Below, in pieces: positions 9,245 through 18,586 of a DNA stretch of 64,000 bases (position 1 is its first letter; every line of letters begins with the position of its first letter). The stretch spans positions 1 through 64,000 of the forward strand of contig JAZDJQ010000018.1 of assembly GCA_043803765.1 (NCBI GenBank). Direction: 5' to 3'. The stretch comes from Candidatus Iainarchaeum sp. (GTDB lineage: Archaea; Iainarchaeota; Iainarchaeia; Iainarchaeales; VGJJ01). The position numbers were made by a program, and so were the translations under genes. The notes below the pieces were generated by a model. It did no database searches. It saw only the letters and a program-made list of their open reading frames with translations, and had not been told where the DNA came from.

Positions 9245-10047
9245 TCTAAATCCCCCCGCGAGATGTCCGTATTTATTTGGATATTCCATCGCGTATTATA
9301 TTTCCCAGTATTCCCTGCCGTTGGATAAAGCGGAGCATATCCCGTCGTTAGCCGTCCACGCAAGTCCTCAATTATCTCTTTTGAAATGGGAACGCCCATT
9401 TCTTCCAGAAGAAACCCCATGCGCTTATAGATAGCGCCATTACCCATTCTTTCTGCATAGGTAATAACCTTACCCCAATCCACTTTTGCATAGACGATGG
9501 CTTTTTTTACTTCGTCAATTCCTCCGCAGTATTCAGGGTGGTCTAATGCATCAACTAATGTTTTTTCCGGATCAGAGACAACTATAGTGTGGCCTCGAAT
9601 GTTCGTCTCCTTGTATCCAAAAAACTTTTTCTTGGAGAGCGTGACAAACTCATACTTCGTTCCATGGATTATTTTTGGAGTGGTTATTTTGGTGGTAACA
9701 ACGGAGATAGTATTGGGGACCTGTTCGGTCCAACTATAATAGTGAAGCATGGACAAATATCCCAGATAGTATGGTCGTGCCAATTTGGATGCGATATAAA
9801 ATGAGTCTTCGGACCACTCGGGTTTACTCCCGGCAGCTAATTCGAGAATAAGATAAAGCCCTCTACTCAATCGTTCGACCCACTTTTTTCGGGAAAGAGT
9901 GCTAGCCATTTTTCGCGCCAGAGGCCTCGAACTCGTTTTTTTGGATAACTCATCAATTGAGAAAATAACTCTCCCCTCGGATGCTAAATCTGAAAGAATC
10001 CGTGATTCGGCCGAACCTAATCCTCTTCGTAGAGTTTCTTTAGTCAT
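9241..10047 (-). CDS. AbiEi-family antitoxin/transcriptional regulator (type IV TA)
   Basis: wHTH ...RLSRGLY, YLGYLSMLHYY, SDPEKTLVD motifs; directly upstream of AbiEii. Confidence 0.9.
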   Translation of the reverse strand: MTKETLRRGLGSAESRILSDLASEGRVIFSIDELSKKTSSRPLARKMASTLSRKKWVERLSRGLYLILELAAGSKPEWSEDSFYIASKLARPYYLGYLSMLHYYSWTEQVPNTISVVTTKITTPKIIHGTKYEFVTLSKKKFFGYKETNIRGHTIVVSDPEKTLVDALDHPEYCGGIDEVKKAIVYAKVDWGKVITYAERMGNGAIYKRMGFLLEEMGVPISKEIIEDLRGRLTTGYAPLYPTAGNTGKYNTRWNIQINTDISRGDLE

Positions 10048-10077
10048 AATACCCTAATAAGTGTTCTTCCACTTTCA

Positions 10078-10109
10078 AACTATATTTATTCAAAGGGATT
10101 AATATAGTT
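10078..10109. promoter_or_regulatory. Inverted repeat, putative AbiEi operator
   Basis: AACTATATT-N14-AATATAGTT, 30 nt upstream of the abiEi start; a further half-site at 10151-10159. Confidence 0.45.
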
Positions 10110-10147
10110 ATGTGTATTAAAACACCATATTTGGTTATTTTCAATAA

Positions 10148-10291
10148 ATAAACTATATTTCTGGATATTTTGATTTTCTATCCCAACCCCCTGCCACCTT
10201 TAACCTCAACGAACTGGTAAAGCAAGGGAAAAATAGAAAAGTCAGCAAATACCGAGGGGCGCACCATACGCCCGCCCCTGAGACAAAATAA
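10148..10291 (+). pseudogene. Start-less relic of a winged-HTH C-terminus
   Basis: Frame reads ...SQPPATFNLNELVKQGKNRKVSKYRGAHH*, a wHTH recognition-helix/wing pattern; no start codon. Confidence 0.35.
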
Positions 10292-10488
10292 CTATAAGCC
10301 ACTATAGGTTATACTAATTTATAGTAAACTTATAGAAAAAAAAACCGACAAAAGCCTAGATGAGAGTTTGCATACAAGTCCTTGATTGGATTTGAACCCG
10401 CATTTTAGGGCAATTATCTCTTACACTCGGATAAAAATCAGTGGATGATGCCTATACTATTTATGTATTTTGTTTAATCCTCCTATTG

Positions 10489-11121
10489 ATGTCCAAAGAA
10501 AAGAAAGGTGGATGGCAGGCTAATGTGGAATTCTTTGATAATTATGTCATTAAAACGCCCAAAACCGATTATGAAATAAGGAAAAAAATCTCAAAATATT
10601 TGAAACCCAAGGGAAAATTACACACTTTGGACAAAAGAGTAGAGGAGATGAAAAAAGGTTGGAAAGAAGGAATTCGAATACTAAACAAAAAGAAGATTCC
10701 TACAAGAATGCTGGGGTATATCGAATTTCTTGAGCATGGAAAAATTCGACAGAAAAAAGTGATTACACTTGAAGATTCTTGGAATGAAGCGGCGGATAAC
10801 GGAAACGTTAAAGAAATGAAAAAAATAGTGAACAAGGCTATTAATTTTATTATAGAATTGTGGAAATATGGAATTCATGAAAAAACGGGTAAAATAGGTT
10901 ATGAATTTGGATTAATGAAAAACAAAATCATTCTAATTGACTTTGGAGAAATAAGCGAAAATAAAAAAATACCTCAAAAACAAATTTTGAAAAAATACTG
11001 GAAAAAGCCACTTGAAAGACACTCAAGGAAAGAAGTACTCAATTATTTCAACAAAATGGCTGACAAAAAACTAACCATTCAAACGCTCAACAAAAACTGG
11101 AACAAAAAAAGAGAAAAATAA
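10489..11121 (+). CDS. Hypothetical Lys-rich protein with degenerate protein-kinase-like motifs
   Basis: GGWQANV, YVIK, GIHEK, IILIDFGE; ATG at 10489. Confidence 0.55.
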   Translation: MSKEKKGGWQANVEFFDNYVIKTPKTDYEIRKKISKYLKPKGKLHTLDKRVEEMKKGWKEGIRILNKKKIPTRMLGYIEFLEHGKIRQKKVITLEDSWNEAADNGNVKEMKKIVNKAINFIIELWKYGIHEKTGKIGYEFGLMKNKIILIDFGEISENKKIPQKQILKKYWKKPLERHSRKEVLNYFNKMADKKLTIQTLNKNWNKKREK

Positions 11122-11141
11122 CCCTCATTAGATATTAGGGT

Positions 11142-11157
11142 ATGCCCGAGCGGGCAC
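11142..11157. repeat. Cassette-boundary motif copy 4 (palindromic ATGCCCGAGCGGGCAC) abutting the pheT stop
   Basis: TGCCCG-AG-CGGGCA; ends just before the pheT stop codon at 11159. Confidence 0.6.
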
Positions 11158-11158
11158 T

Positions 11159-12814
11159 TCATCCCTCCGAAAGATAACACTCAAACACTACCAATGGGAA
11201 AGGAATTCCCAATCGTGCTAGCACCCGAGGATGTGTTTCTCCCAAAAAACCATTAAATTTCCCCATTTTCACATGCGCGGTTCTCCCATCAATAAAACCA
11301 CTCAGTTTTGTTTCAGTGAAAACAGGTTTCTCTCCAAGAAAGCGAGATAACGCATCCACATAGGATTTCATTTCAGTGAATGATGCAGCAGCATGACCCA
11401 AAATAAGACATAGCTTGTAATGCGTAATCGTTCCCGTGTCCGTGTTCTCATGAATATCCACTATTTGGTCTAACTCAAAAAGTTTGAATGGCTGCGTGGC
11501 ACTTCGATTGCTCAATAATGCACGCAGTGTTTCAGGATACAACATATTACGCACCATGGTGAGACTTTGTTCTTTTACTACTCCTAATCGAACATGAGGA
11601 GAGTGTTCCCGTTCAAATGTAGTAAAATGATGCTCGTGCGAAGTAAGATGCCACGACATGACTTCATGAAAGCCTAATCCTGTGATACAACTGCGAATAT
11701 CATCATTAAGCTGTGTTTGAGGAAGAACCCCTCCCTGCGTGTATAACTCCACAGGAATAGGCTGGAGATTATCAAAACCATACGCGCGCGCCACATCATC
11801 CACAATATCTAATGGATGCAACACATCGGCGCGAAACTGGGGAAATGAAACAACTAATTGGGAAGAATTTTGCTTCGTAATCGTATATCCCATTCGTGTT
11901 AAGAGAGAGGCAGTCTGTTCACTCGTAAACACTGTTCCCAGCGTGCGATTCACTAAACTTATTTCAAGAGGAAGAGAATCCATTTTCAATTCAGGAGTAA
12001 TACGAGGCGTTGTTTCATTTGGAAAATGAACCTGTACCGAGTAAATATCCCCTTTCATATCCGCAAAGACGTGCGCCAAGATATCCGTGAGAATAGAGAG
12101 AGTAGGCCAATAATGACCGGAAACCTCAACAAACAAATCCTGATCATCTATGGAAACGGCCCCTACGTGTTGAGAATTGATAATGGGGGGCATGGAAAGA
12201 ACTTCTTTTTTGGCATCGCGAAATACGGGAAAAATAGGCATGTTGTGAAGAAGAGGAGCATATTTCTTTCCAGTAGGATGCTCATGCAGAATAGCCAATC
12301 CTGAAAGTGGTTTTTCACTACCAAGAGGAGGAAAAACAATCTTCTCAGGGTGTTCTCCTGTAAACGTAATAGGCCACTTGATCTTGTTGAGCGGATAGAT
12401 TCCAATCGCTCCTTTCTTTCGCTGCCGTGCAAACGTTTCATGGAGTTTTTCCTGTACCCAAATCAACTCATCTAACTTTTCCTGCGTAAGATGAATGTTT
12501 CGCACCACAAATGCAGCAGTATAAGGACGCACAGGTAATACTGACGAGTCGACATGAATGTGATAATTCCCTTCTTTCACATGCAACGAGGAAAAACCCT
12601 GCGTGTATCCCAAATACGCATTCAACACGCGTGCAATTCCAGCAGGAGAAATCATGTCGGGTCGTTCTGCGGTAATATCAATTTTCAATGCATTCGGGTC
12701 ATCTGATTCCAAATCAAAACCTAATCGGCTTAATGAATCCCGCAACTGATTAATCGTGAGGGGCTTGCGCATATACCCATTAATCTGTTCCAGTGTCGTA
12801 TCAACATTCACCAT
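11159..12814 (-). CDS. pheT: Phenylalanyl-tRNA synthetase beta subunit (archaeal type)
   Basis: ERPDMIS, SMPPIINS, RADVLHPLDIVDDVARAYG, GETHP. Confidence 0.95.
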   Translation of the reverse strand: MVNVDTTLEQINGYMRKPLTINQLRDSLSRLGFDLESDDPNALKIDITAERPDMISPAGIARVLNAYLGYTQGFSSLHVKEGNYHIHVDSSVLPVRPYTAAFVVRNIHLTQEKLDELIWVQEKLHETFARQRKKGAIGIYPLNKIKWPITFTGEHPEKIVFPPLGSEKPLSGLAILHEHPTGKKYAPLLHNMPIFPVFRDAKKEVLSMPPIINSQHVGAVSIDDQDLFVEVSGHYWPTLSILTDILAHVFADMKGDIYSVQVHFPNETTPRITPELKMDSLPLEISLVNRTLGTVFTSEQTASLLTRMGYTITKQNSSQLVVSFPQFRADVLHPLDIVDDVARAYGFDNLQPIPVELYTQGGVLPQTQLNDDIRSCITGLGFHEVMSWHLTSHEHHFTTFEREHSPHVRLGVVKEQSLTMVRNMLYPETLRALLSNRSATQPFKLFELDQIVDIHENTDTGTITHYKLCLILGHAAASFTEMKSYVDALSRFLGEKPVFTETKLSGFIDGRTAHVKMGKFNGFLGETHPRVLARLGIPFPLVVFECYLSEG

Positions 12815-14339
12815 GCTCGTTCACTTTCCTTTCCATAATACCATGCTGAATCCCGGGATAATTACGAATGAAATCCAAATCAACATCGGGGCCGGTAATT
12901 TCTTTTAACGAGGATTTTTGATGCAGGAATAATGCTAATCGCTCCAAACCAAAACCCCACGCAATAACCGGAACATTTATTCCAAATGGACGCAATGATT
13001 CTTCCCTAAACATTCCTGAATTAATGAGCTCAATCCACTTCCCCAAACCCGGATGAAACGCTTTAGCTTCCATCGAGGGTTCCGTGTACGGATTATACGT
13101 TGGCTTGAACTTTATTTTAGTCAAACCCATCTTAGAATAAAACTCGGTGATAACCCCCATGAGATGACGCAAGGTTAGACCCTCCCCTGCAATAAAACCC
13201 TCCACTTGATTGAACTCGGACAAATGAGTAGCATCACCCGACTCATTACGATAAATACGACCAATAGCAAAACGCTTAGCGGGAATAGTAATTCCTTTCC
13301 CAAACTCACGAAAAGTGGTTGCCGTAGTATGCGTACGTAATAATAATTGCATGGCAACGCGGGCATCCCACTCATAACCAAATCCTTTGGAACCGGTTCT
13401 TCCACCATGCTCATGAACAGCCTTAACACGTTTAACGAGAGCAGAATCGGGTAGCACGGCCTTTCCCGGAATGAAAAAAGTGTCCTGAATATCACGAGCA
13501 GGATGGTCTTGAGGAATAAACATGGCATCCATGTTCCAGAATGAACTCTCAACTAATGGGCCGTCCATTTCCTGAAAACCCAACGTGACCATTACACGGC
13601 GAACATCATGAATCACTTGCTGCAAAGGATGAATCCTTCCAGGGTAGCACGCATCCACGCCGGCAGTAACATCATACCGCTTGAATGAAACATCTTTCCA
13701 TTTTCCACTCACAAGCAAATCGGGAGTAAGAAGACCTATTTCCGTTTTGGAATCCTTCTTATATCCTGCCTGCTTTGCCTCAACCCCCTTTGATGTAAGA
13801 GAAACGGTTTCCTGAACACGATTTTTCACCCCAACAAGACCACGAACAAGAAGATCACGCAGGGAAGAAGAATCAGGAGACACTTTCTCACCACGAGAAA
13901 TAGACTCTAAGCATTTCATGAGAGGAGAATGCGCAAACGATTTTTTCCCAAGAGGAGTAATAACAAGAATAGTCGTGTTTTCTTCATTTTTTACTTCAAT
14001 CCAATGAGAACGCTTAGCCAATCCCAACGCAGCAGAAAAAGCGTCCGCATCATGAGTGAAACATTTTTTTGCCTCCACCATGGTGAGCGGCTTTTCTTCC
14101 AACGCAATACAAAGAATCTGCTCCGGCAACCCATTTTCAAGAGCATGCTGCCCCGTAGAAGTAAGAATATGCTGAGGAACTTTTTCCCGCAACACACGGA
14201 TTAAGCCTTGCTCTTCCAACCCGCTCAATACACGACGAATGGCATCCGCATGCAACAATGTCGATTCCGCCAAATAATGCAAACTCGACTCACGACCCTT
14301 CTCAAGGGAAGCAAGAACCAAGTATTCGGGAGATGCCAT
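12801..14339 (-). CDS. pheS: Phenylalanyl-tRNA synthetase alpha subunit (archaeal type)
   Basis: PQDHPARDIQDTF, RTHTT, YNPYTEPS, GFGLERL. Confidence 0.97.
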   Translation of the reverse strand: MASPEYLVLASLEKGRESSLHYLAESTLLHADAIRRVLSGLEEQGLIRVLREKVPQHILTSTGQHALENGLPEQILCIALEEKPLTMVEAKKCFTHDADAFSAALGLAKRSHWIEVKNEENTTILVITPLGKKSFAHSPLMKCLESISRGEKVSPDSSSLRDLLVRGLVGVKNRVQETVSLTSKGVEAKQAGYKKDSKTEIGLLTPDLLVSGKWKDVSFKRYDVTAGVDACYPGRIHPLQQVIHDVRRVMVTLGFQEMDGPLVESSFWNMDAMFIPQDHPARDIQDTFFIPGKAVLPDSALVKRVKAVHEHGGRTGSKGFGYEWDARVAMQLLLRTHTTATTFREFGKGITIPAKRFAIGRIYRNESGDATHLSEFNQVEGFIAGEGLTLRHLMGVITEFYSKMGLTKIKFKPTYNPYTEPSMEAKAFHPGLGKWIELINSGMFREESLRPFGINVPVIAWGFGLERLALFLHQKSSLKEITGPDVDLDFIRNYPGIQHGIMERKVNEHGEC

Positions 14340-14554
14340 AGTATCTACCCCAAAATAGTCAATAGAATGTTTTAAACCAGCCCCTGTCCCCTAGCAAGGT
14401 TTTACCTGCAAGTATGCAAAAAAGAACTTAAAAAAAAGAACCAAAACAGGGTATTGGGCCAATACCGCGTTTAAATAATTTTTTTAAAAAGCCACTTTAT
14501 AGGCAAAACCCGTGGTGGGAAAGGGATTAATAATACGGCCTAGTTGAACAAGTA

Positions 14555-14962
14555 ATGGACAAAACAATCACCATGATACTAGGGGGAGGATTACTCCTCG
14601 TATTCCTCATATGGGTTTTTTTTGGAGACGTTCCACGATTGGATACGCCGGGAGGAATACTCTACGAAAAAACCACTATGGAGAAAATGCGTTCCTGCCA
14701 AACGAATGACGAATGCGTATACGCATTAAACATTGAACCGATACTCAAATGCGTATCAGGAAACTGTCCACCCCTCGAAGAAGCACAACCCAAACAAGGA
14801 AATCCTGCGTATGAATGGATGGAAGGAACAATCGAAGGATGTGTTAATTTTCAAACATGGGAAAAACTCAACAAAGAAAAAGGAGAAACACTCCAAATCG
14901 ATACACGTACAACAAGTTGTGCGTGCATAAAAAATGAGTGCACCATGGAGTCAAAAGAATAA
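14555..14962 (+). CDS. Membrane-anchored Cys-rich hypothetical protein
   Basis: N-terminal hydrophobic helix; CQTNDEC...CACIKNEC. Confidence 0.6.
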   Translation: MDKTITMILGGGLLLVFLIWVFFGDVPRLDTPGGILYEKTTMEKMRSCQTNDECVYALNIEPILKCVSGNCPPLEEAQPKQGNPAYEWMEGTIEGCVNFQTWEKLNKEKGETLQIDTRTTSCACIKNECTMESKE

Positions 14963-14977
14963 AACGATTGAATAAAA

Positions 14978-15739
14978 CTATTCCAATCCAAGCAATAACA
15001 GCATAGCACCAATACCCAAAACAAAACAAACCAATTGAATCAAAGATTTCTGCCACTTCACTTCCTTATGCAGTTCGGGAATCAAATCACTTCCCGCAAT
15101 ATAAAGAAAAGAACCCGCGGCAAAAGGAACAAGCCAAATGGAAAAATCATTCAACGCTTCCCCCAATGCCAAAATCAACACCGCCCCCAAGATAGACGTG
15201 GCGGCAGTAAGAAGATTCAACCATAATGCAGAACGGACATCGAATCCACCATGCAACAATATACCAAAATCCCCAATCTCCTGAGGAACCTCATGAGCAA
15301 TAACAGCTAATGTGGTAGCAATTCCAACAGGAACATTAACCAAATACGCCGCACCAATAACCATCCCATCAATAAAATTATGCACGGAATCACCCACCAA
15401 ATTAACCCATGCAAATGGGTGAACATGAGACTGATGCTGATGATCCTCATCCATATAATGACAATGACGCCAATGAATAATTTTTTCCACAACAAACATG
15501 ACGATTACCCCAACCAGAACGGCAAGAGAAACATCCAAACCAAAACCTAACTCCTCCACCGCCTCGGGAAGCAAATGAATCAACGCATCTCCTAACAATG
15601 CGCCGGCAGCAAACGCAACCAAAAAAATAAGCCCTTCTTTCAAACGCTTCGGATTCAAAGAAAGAGAAAAAACCCCCACCAATGAAATAAGGCTTACTAG
15701 TACTACCGAAGCAAGAGCATACAACCAAACCATTTCCAT
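14978..15739 (-). CDS. ZIP-family divalent metal transporter
   Basis: HLLPEA, His-rich loop, HNFIDG, HEVPQEIGD, DLIPE. Confidence 0.92.
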   Translation of the reverse strand: MEMVWLYALASVVLVSLISLVGVFSLSLNPKRLKEGLIFLVAFAAGALLGDALIHLLPEAVEELGFGLDVSLAVLVGVIVMFVVEKIIHWRHCHYMDEDHQHQSHVHPFAWVNLVGDSVHNFIDGMVIGAAYLVNVPVGIATTLAVIAHEVPQEIGDFGILLHGGFDVRSALWLNLLTAATSILGAVLILALGEALNDFSIWLVPFAAGSFLYIAGSDLIPELHKEVKWQKSLIQLVCFVLGIGAMLLLLGLE

Positions 15740-15855
15740 AATATTCCACACCCAATAAAGGTATGAAACAAATGAACCTTTATAATAGGAACGAAGGAAA
15801 AATCATACAGCAGGCTGCATTGGATTATTTTTTAAACAGCCAACCGCAGCCGAAA

Positions 15856-15927
15856 GCGGAGTTGGCAGAGCAGCAGTCCTTTTGCCTAACGGCAAAAGCC
15901 CTGGGGGAAAATGCTCTGACGACAAAT
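15856..15927. mobile_element. 72-bp unit: 15-bp duplicate of the tRNA-Ser 5' end plus a hairpin element
   Basis: GCGGAGTTGGCAGAG at 15856 and 15928; CTTTTGCC-TAAC-GGCAAAAG hairpin; reverse complement matches the 54.7-kb array units. Confidence 0.6.
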
Positions 15928-16011
15928 GCGGAGTTGGCAGAGTGGTCTATAGCGGCAGCCTGCTAAGCTGTTCCGGGAAACCGGGCGAGGGTTCGAATCC
16001 CTCACTCCGCG
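15928..16011 (+). tRNA. tRNA-Ser(GCT)
   Basis: GCGGAGT/ACTCCGC acceptor stem, anticodon loop CTGCTAA, long variable arm, GGTTCGAATCC; no CCA. Confidence 0.95.
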
Positions 16012-16052
16012 TTTTTACCCATTAAACAAGCTGATAAAATAAGGTTGATAAA

Positions 16053-16499
16053 ATGGAAATGAAAGTAATGCCACCGTCATATTTTGTCTTGACCTTAATT
16101 TTAATTATTGGAACCCATTTAATGTTTCCAATAACTTTGGTAATTTCTCCACCATACAGTTATTCAGGAATAATCCTTGTTGTTTTTGGGATAATTATGA
16201 ACCTATGGGCAGATAGTTTATTCAAGAAAATGAAAACAACGGTAAAACCAAATGAAAGTCCAACTTCAATGATAACATCGGACCCCTTCAAAATCAGCAG
16301 GCACCCGATGTATTGTGGAATGGCAGCAATACTGCTTGGAGTGGCTGTTTTCCTGGGTTCAATAGCACCATTTGTTTTTCCAGTAGCTTTCATAATTTTA
16401 ATGGAAATTGGATTTATAGCACAAGAAGAAAAAAAGATGGCCACGATATTTGGAAGCAAATATTTAGATTACAAAAGAAAAGTCAGACGCTGGGTATAG
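16053..16499 (+). CDS. Isoprenylcysteine carboxyl methyltransferase/PEMT-family membrane protein
   Basis: SRHPMY, EE...FG..Y..Y...V.RW. Confidence 0.88.
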   Translation: MEMKVMPPSYFVLTLILIIGTHLMFPITLVISPPYSYSGIILVVFGIIMNLWADSLFKKMKTTVKPNESPTSMITSDPFKISRHPMYCGMAAILLGVAVFLGSIAPFVFPVAFIILMEIGFIAQEEKKMATIFGSKYLDYKRKVRRWV

Positions 16500-16635
16500 A
16501 GACAGGTTCGAATACCATACACCGTATTAACCCATCAAAAAAAGAAAGAAAAAAAGTAGAAAAAAATACTATCGCTGTGGATTCAATCCACAGCAACAGT
16601 ACCCCAAAAAAAAATCCAGGGGCATTGGAGTAAAA

Positions 16636-17370
16636 CTACTGCGGGACTAGTGGAACGCGCTTGTCCTCGCACCACGCGTCAGGAGTGAACATCTCATAGG
16701 TTCCTGACCAGGAGCGGTTATCCGAAGGATCGGATGGCTCCAAAATCCAAGTACCTGTTTGAATAGGATCTCCTTTTCTCTCTACTGGGTCGGGGAATAG
16801 ATATCCTTCCACCCATTTCGAGGCTTCCACATTCTGATCGTAGGGAACGACATGCACCATGAATGGAATCTTGAATTCAAGGCAACAATCCCAACACCAG
16901 AAACCATCTCCCCACTTCTGCAACTTACTTAATGGATACTGCGAACCAAAAAGGAAACTCGTTCCTTCGAATGCCGCAATCACTCCAAACGGAATGGTGT
17001 CCCTTTCCCCCGTCACTACACTAAACTCAATGAGCTTATCAATAGGGGGAAGCGTAAATCCATACGAAGCATCCGCCCGCTCCTTCAAACCATCCAATTC
17101 TGCCATGCAGACATTCTCTGGAGGAAGAGGCGATGGACCTAATACAGGAGTCGCGGGTAATGGAACCGCCAACGGAGCTGACCGGGGACTAGGCAAAGGT
17201 GCCGAGCTCACCGACGGCGTTACTGGAACAGGCGCTGACGCTTCTTGCGCCCCTCTCGAAAAAGAAACAACGGAAACAACCGGGCTACTCTCCCCTGATG
17301 AGGTACGGTCACCTGAAACAAATGGAACCGCAAGGAAAAGACCAATCAATAAAACCAACCAAATGCGCAT
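16636..17370 (-). CDS. Secreted hypothetical protein with Pro/Ser-rich linker
   Basis: Signal-like MRIWLVLLIGLFLAVPFVSG; GGAGG upstream. Confidence 0.6.
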   Translation of the reverse strand: MRIWLVLLIGLFLAVPFVSGDRTSSGESSPVVSVVSFSRGAQEASAPVPVTPSVSSAPLPSPRSAPLAVPLPATPVLGPSPLPPENVCMAELDGLKERADASYGFTLPPIDKLIEFSVVTGERDTIPFGVIAAFEGTSFLFGSQYPLSKLQKWGDGFWCWDCCLEFKIPFMVHVVPYDQNVEASKWVEGYLFPDPVERKGDPIQTGTWILEPSDPSDNRSWSGTYEMFTPDAWCEDKRVPLVPQ

Positions 17371-17496
17371 ATTAATGCCTCCAACCACGCGTACGTGTGT
17401 GGATGTAGTATCGCGGAAGAAATATAAAAGAGTGCTGGGGCGAATCAACATAGGTATAAAAACATACAATACAGGAAAAAAAACGGGTTATGACTA

Positions 17497-18048
17497 TTAT
17501 GGTTTCCAATGAATACGAGAGGTAGAATTCAGGAAAAGGAAGAGCAAGTGAATCCAGGATAAGAGAAGAGGGATTGCAAGAACAGAGAATGTCGGCCCCA
17601 CTAACAATAATTGATTTTCCACCACCACATTGGAAGGAACAACCAATGAAAGAGTAGCATTCTCAGGAGAAGAAGGACTGGCAATATTTGCAGCGGAAAG
17701 CAATCCCACGATAGGAAATATTGGAGAGAATGTAGTGAAAATAACCAAAATACTAAGAATGAGAATGGAAACGCTGAACGGAGTAGCACGAATATACACA
17801 TTCCCCAAACCGGGAACAATAATATTGGAAAGCAACGCAATCAAAATAGAACGATTCTCTTTTGTTTTGGAAAGCTCCATCTCCCCCTTAAAATAACGCA
17901 AATCCTCTTTCACGCGAGCTATACTTTCATTCCTAGAAGAAGGAAACACATTACGACGAAAGCTTTTCTCATTCGCATGAATATCAAACGTATCCGGATC
18001 GAATGTTTGAGAAAGAATAGTGCGTTTCCTATTACGTTTAGTTGCCAT
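17497..18048 (-). CDS. Hypothetical membrane protein
   Basis: Hydrophobic segments, PGLG motif. Confidence 0.6.
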   Translation of the reverse strand: MATKRNRKRTILSQTFDPDTFDIHANEKSFRRNVFPSSRNESIARVKEDLRYFKGEMELSKTKENRSILIALLSNIIVPGLGNVYIRATPFSVSILILSILVIFTTFSPIFPIVGLLSAANIASPSSPENATLSLVVPSNVVVENQLLLVGPTFSVLAIPLLLSWIHLLFLFLNSTSRIHWKP

Positions 18049-18185
18049 CTGCTGAAAAAAACGATTCGGCTATTTAAAGTAAAGGGACTATTAAAAAAAA
18101 AAGAAAAATGCAAAACGCGTGCGGGAAAACAACTTGCGTCCCGCAATAGGCGTTAACCCTTCGAGAAGAAAATCACTTCTTCGAA

Positions 18186-18350
18186 TTACTGCATTGTGTT
18201 CTTTTGCTCCATGTAGCAGTCTCGGCAAAAGACGGGTCGTCCTTGTCGGGGCTGGAACGGAACCTTGGTTTGGGCTCCGCACTTGCTACACACTGCGTCG
18301 AACATTTGTCGGGGGCCACTATCGTAACCACCGCGTCCTTGAAACGCCAT
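18186..18350 (-). CDS. CxxC-x17-CxxC zinc-ribbon protein
   Basis: AVCSKCG...VPFQP...RPVFCRDCY; start MAFQG at 18350. Confidence 0.88.
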   Translation of the reverse strand: MAFQGRGGYDSGPRQMFDAVCSKCGAQTKVPFQPRQGRPVFCRDCYMEQKNTMQ

Positions 18351-18555
18351 GCGCTGTTTTCTCCTGTTTGATACTATTATTGGCTGAATTTCTACCCAAC
18401 CAACACCTAAAACCTGCCAAACATGCTTATAAACCCGTGCATGGGAAACGGCCAAAGAGGAAATAACATAGATAAAATGGTCTAAAACGCCAGCAAGGAG
18501 AAAAACCCAATAACCCTATTCCCAAAAAGAAATACAGGAGACAAGATACAGAACC

Positions 18556-18586
18556 AGCCTTTTTACCAAAAAGCCTTGGGAAAAAA
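18556..18586 (-). repeat. Short copy of the hairpin element just downstream of tRNA-Leu
   Basis: Minus strand TTTTTTCCCAAGGCTTTTT-GGT-AAAAAGGCT resembles the array unit TTTTCCCCGGGGTTTTTAC-GAA-GTAAAAAGGCC. Confidence 0.5.

Noticed and set aside
10287-10335. Xer/dif site
   Set aside because: Palindromic CTATA/TATAG patches do not fit an 11-6-11 layout with TAA/TTA inner ends convincingly.
15763-15966. 67-aa ORF with a repeated AELAE
   Set aside because: It is a by-product of the tRNA-Ser 5' duplication and overlaps the tRNA.
16859-17512. 217-aa plus-strand ORF
   Set aside because: Antisense shadow of the Pro/Ser-rich secreted protein, which has a signal peptide and RBS.
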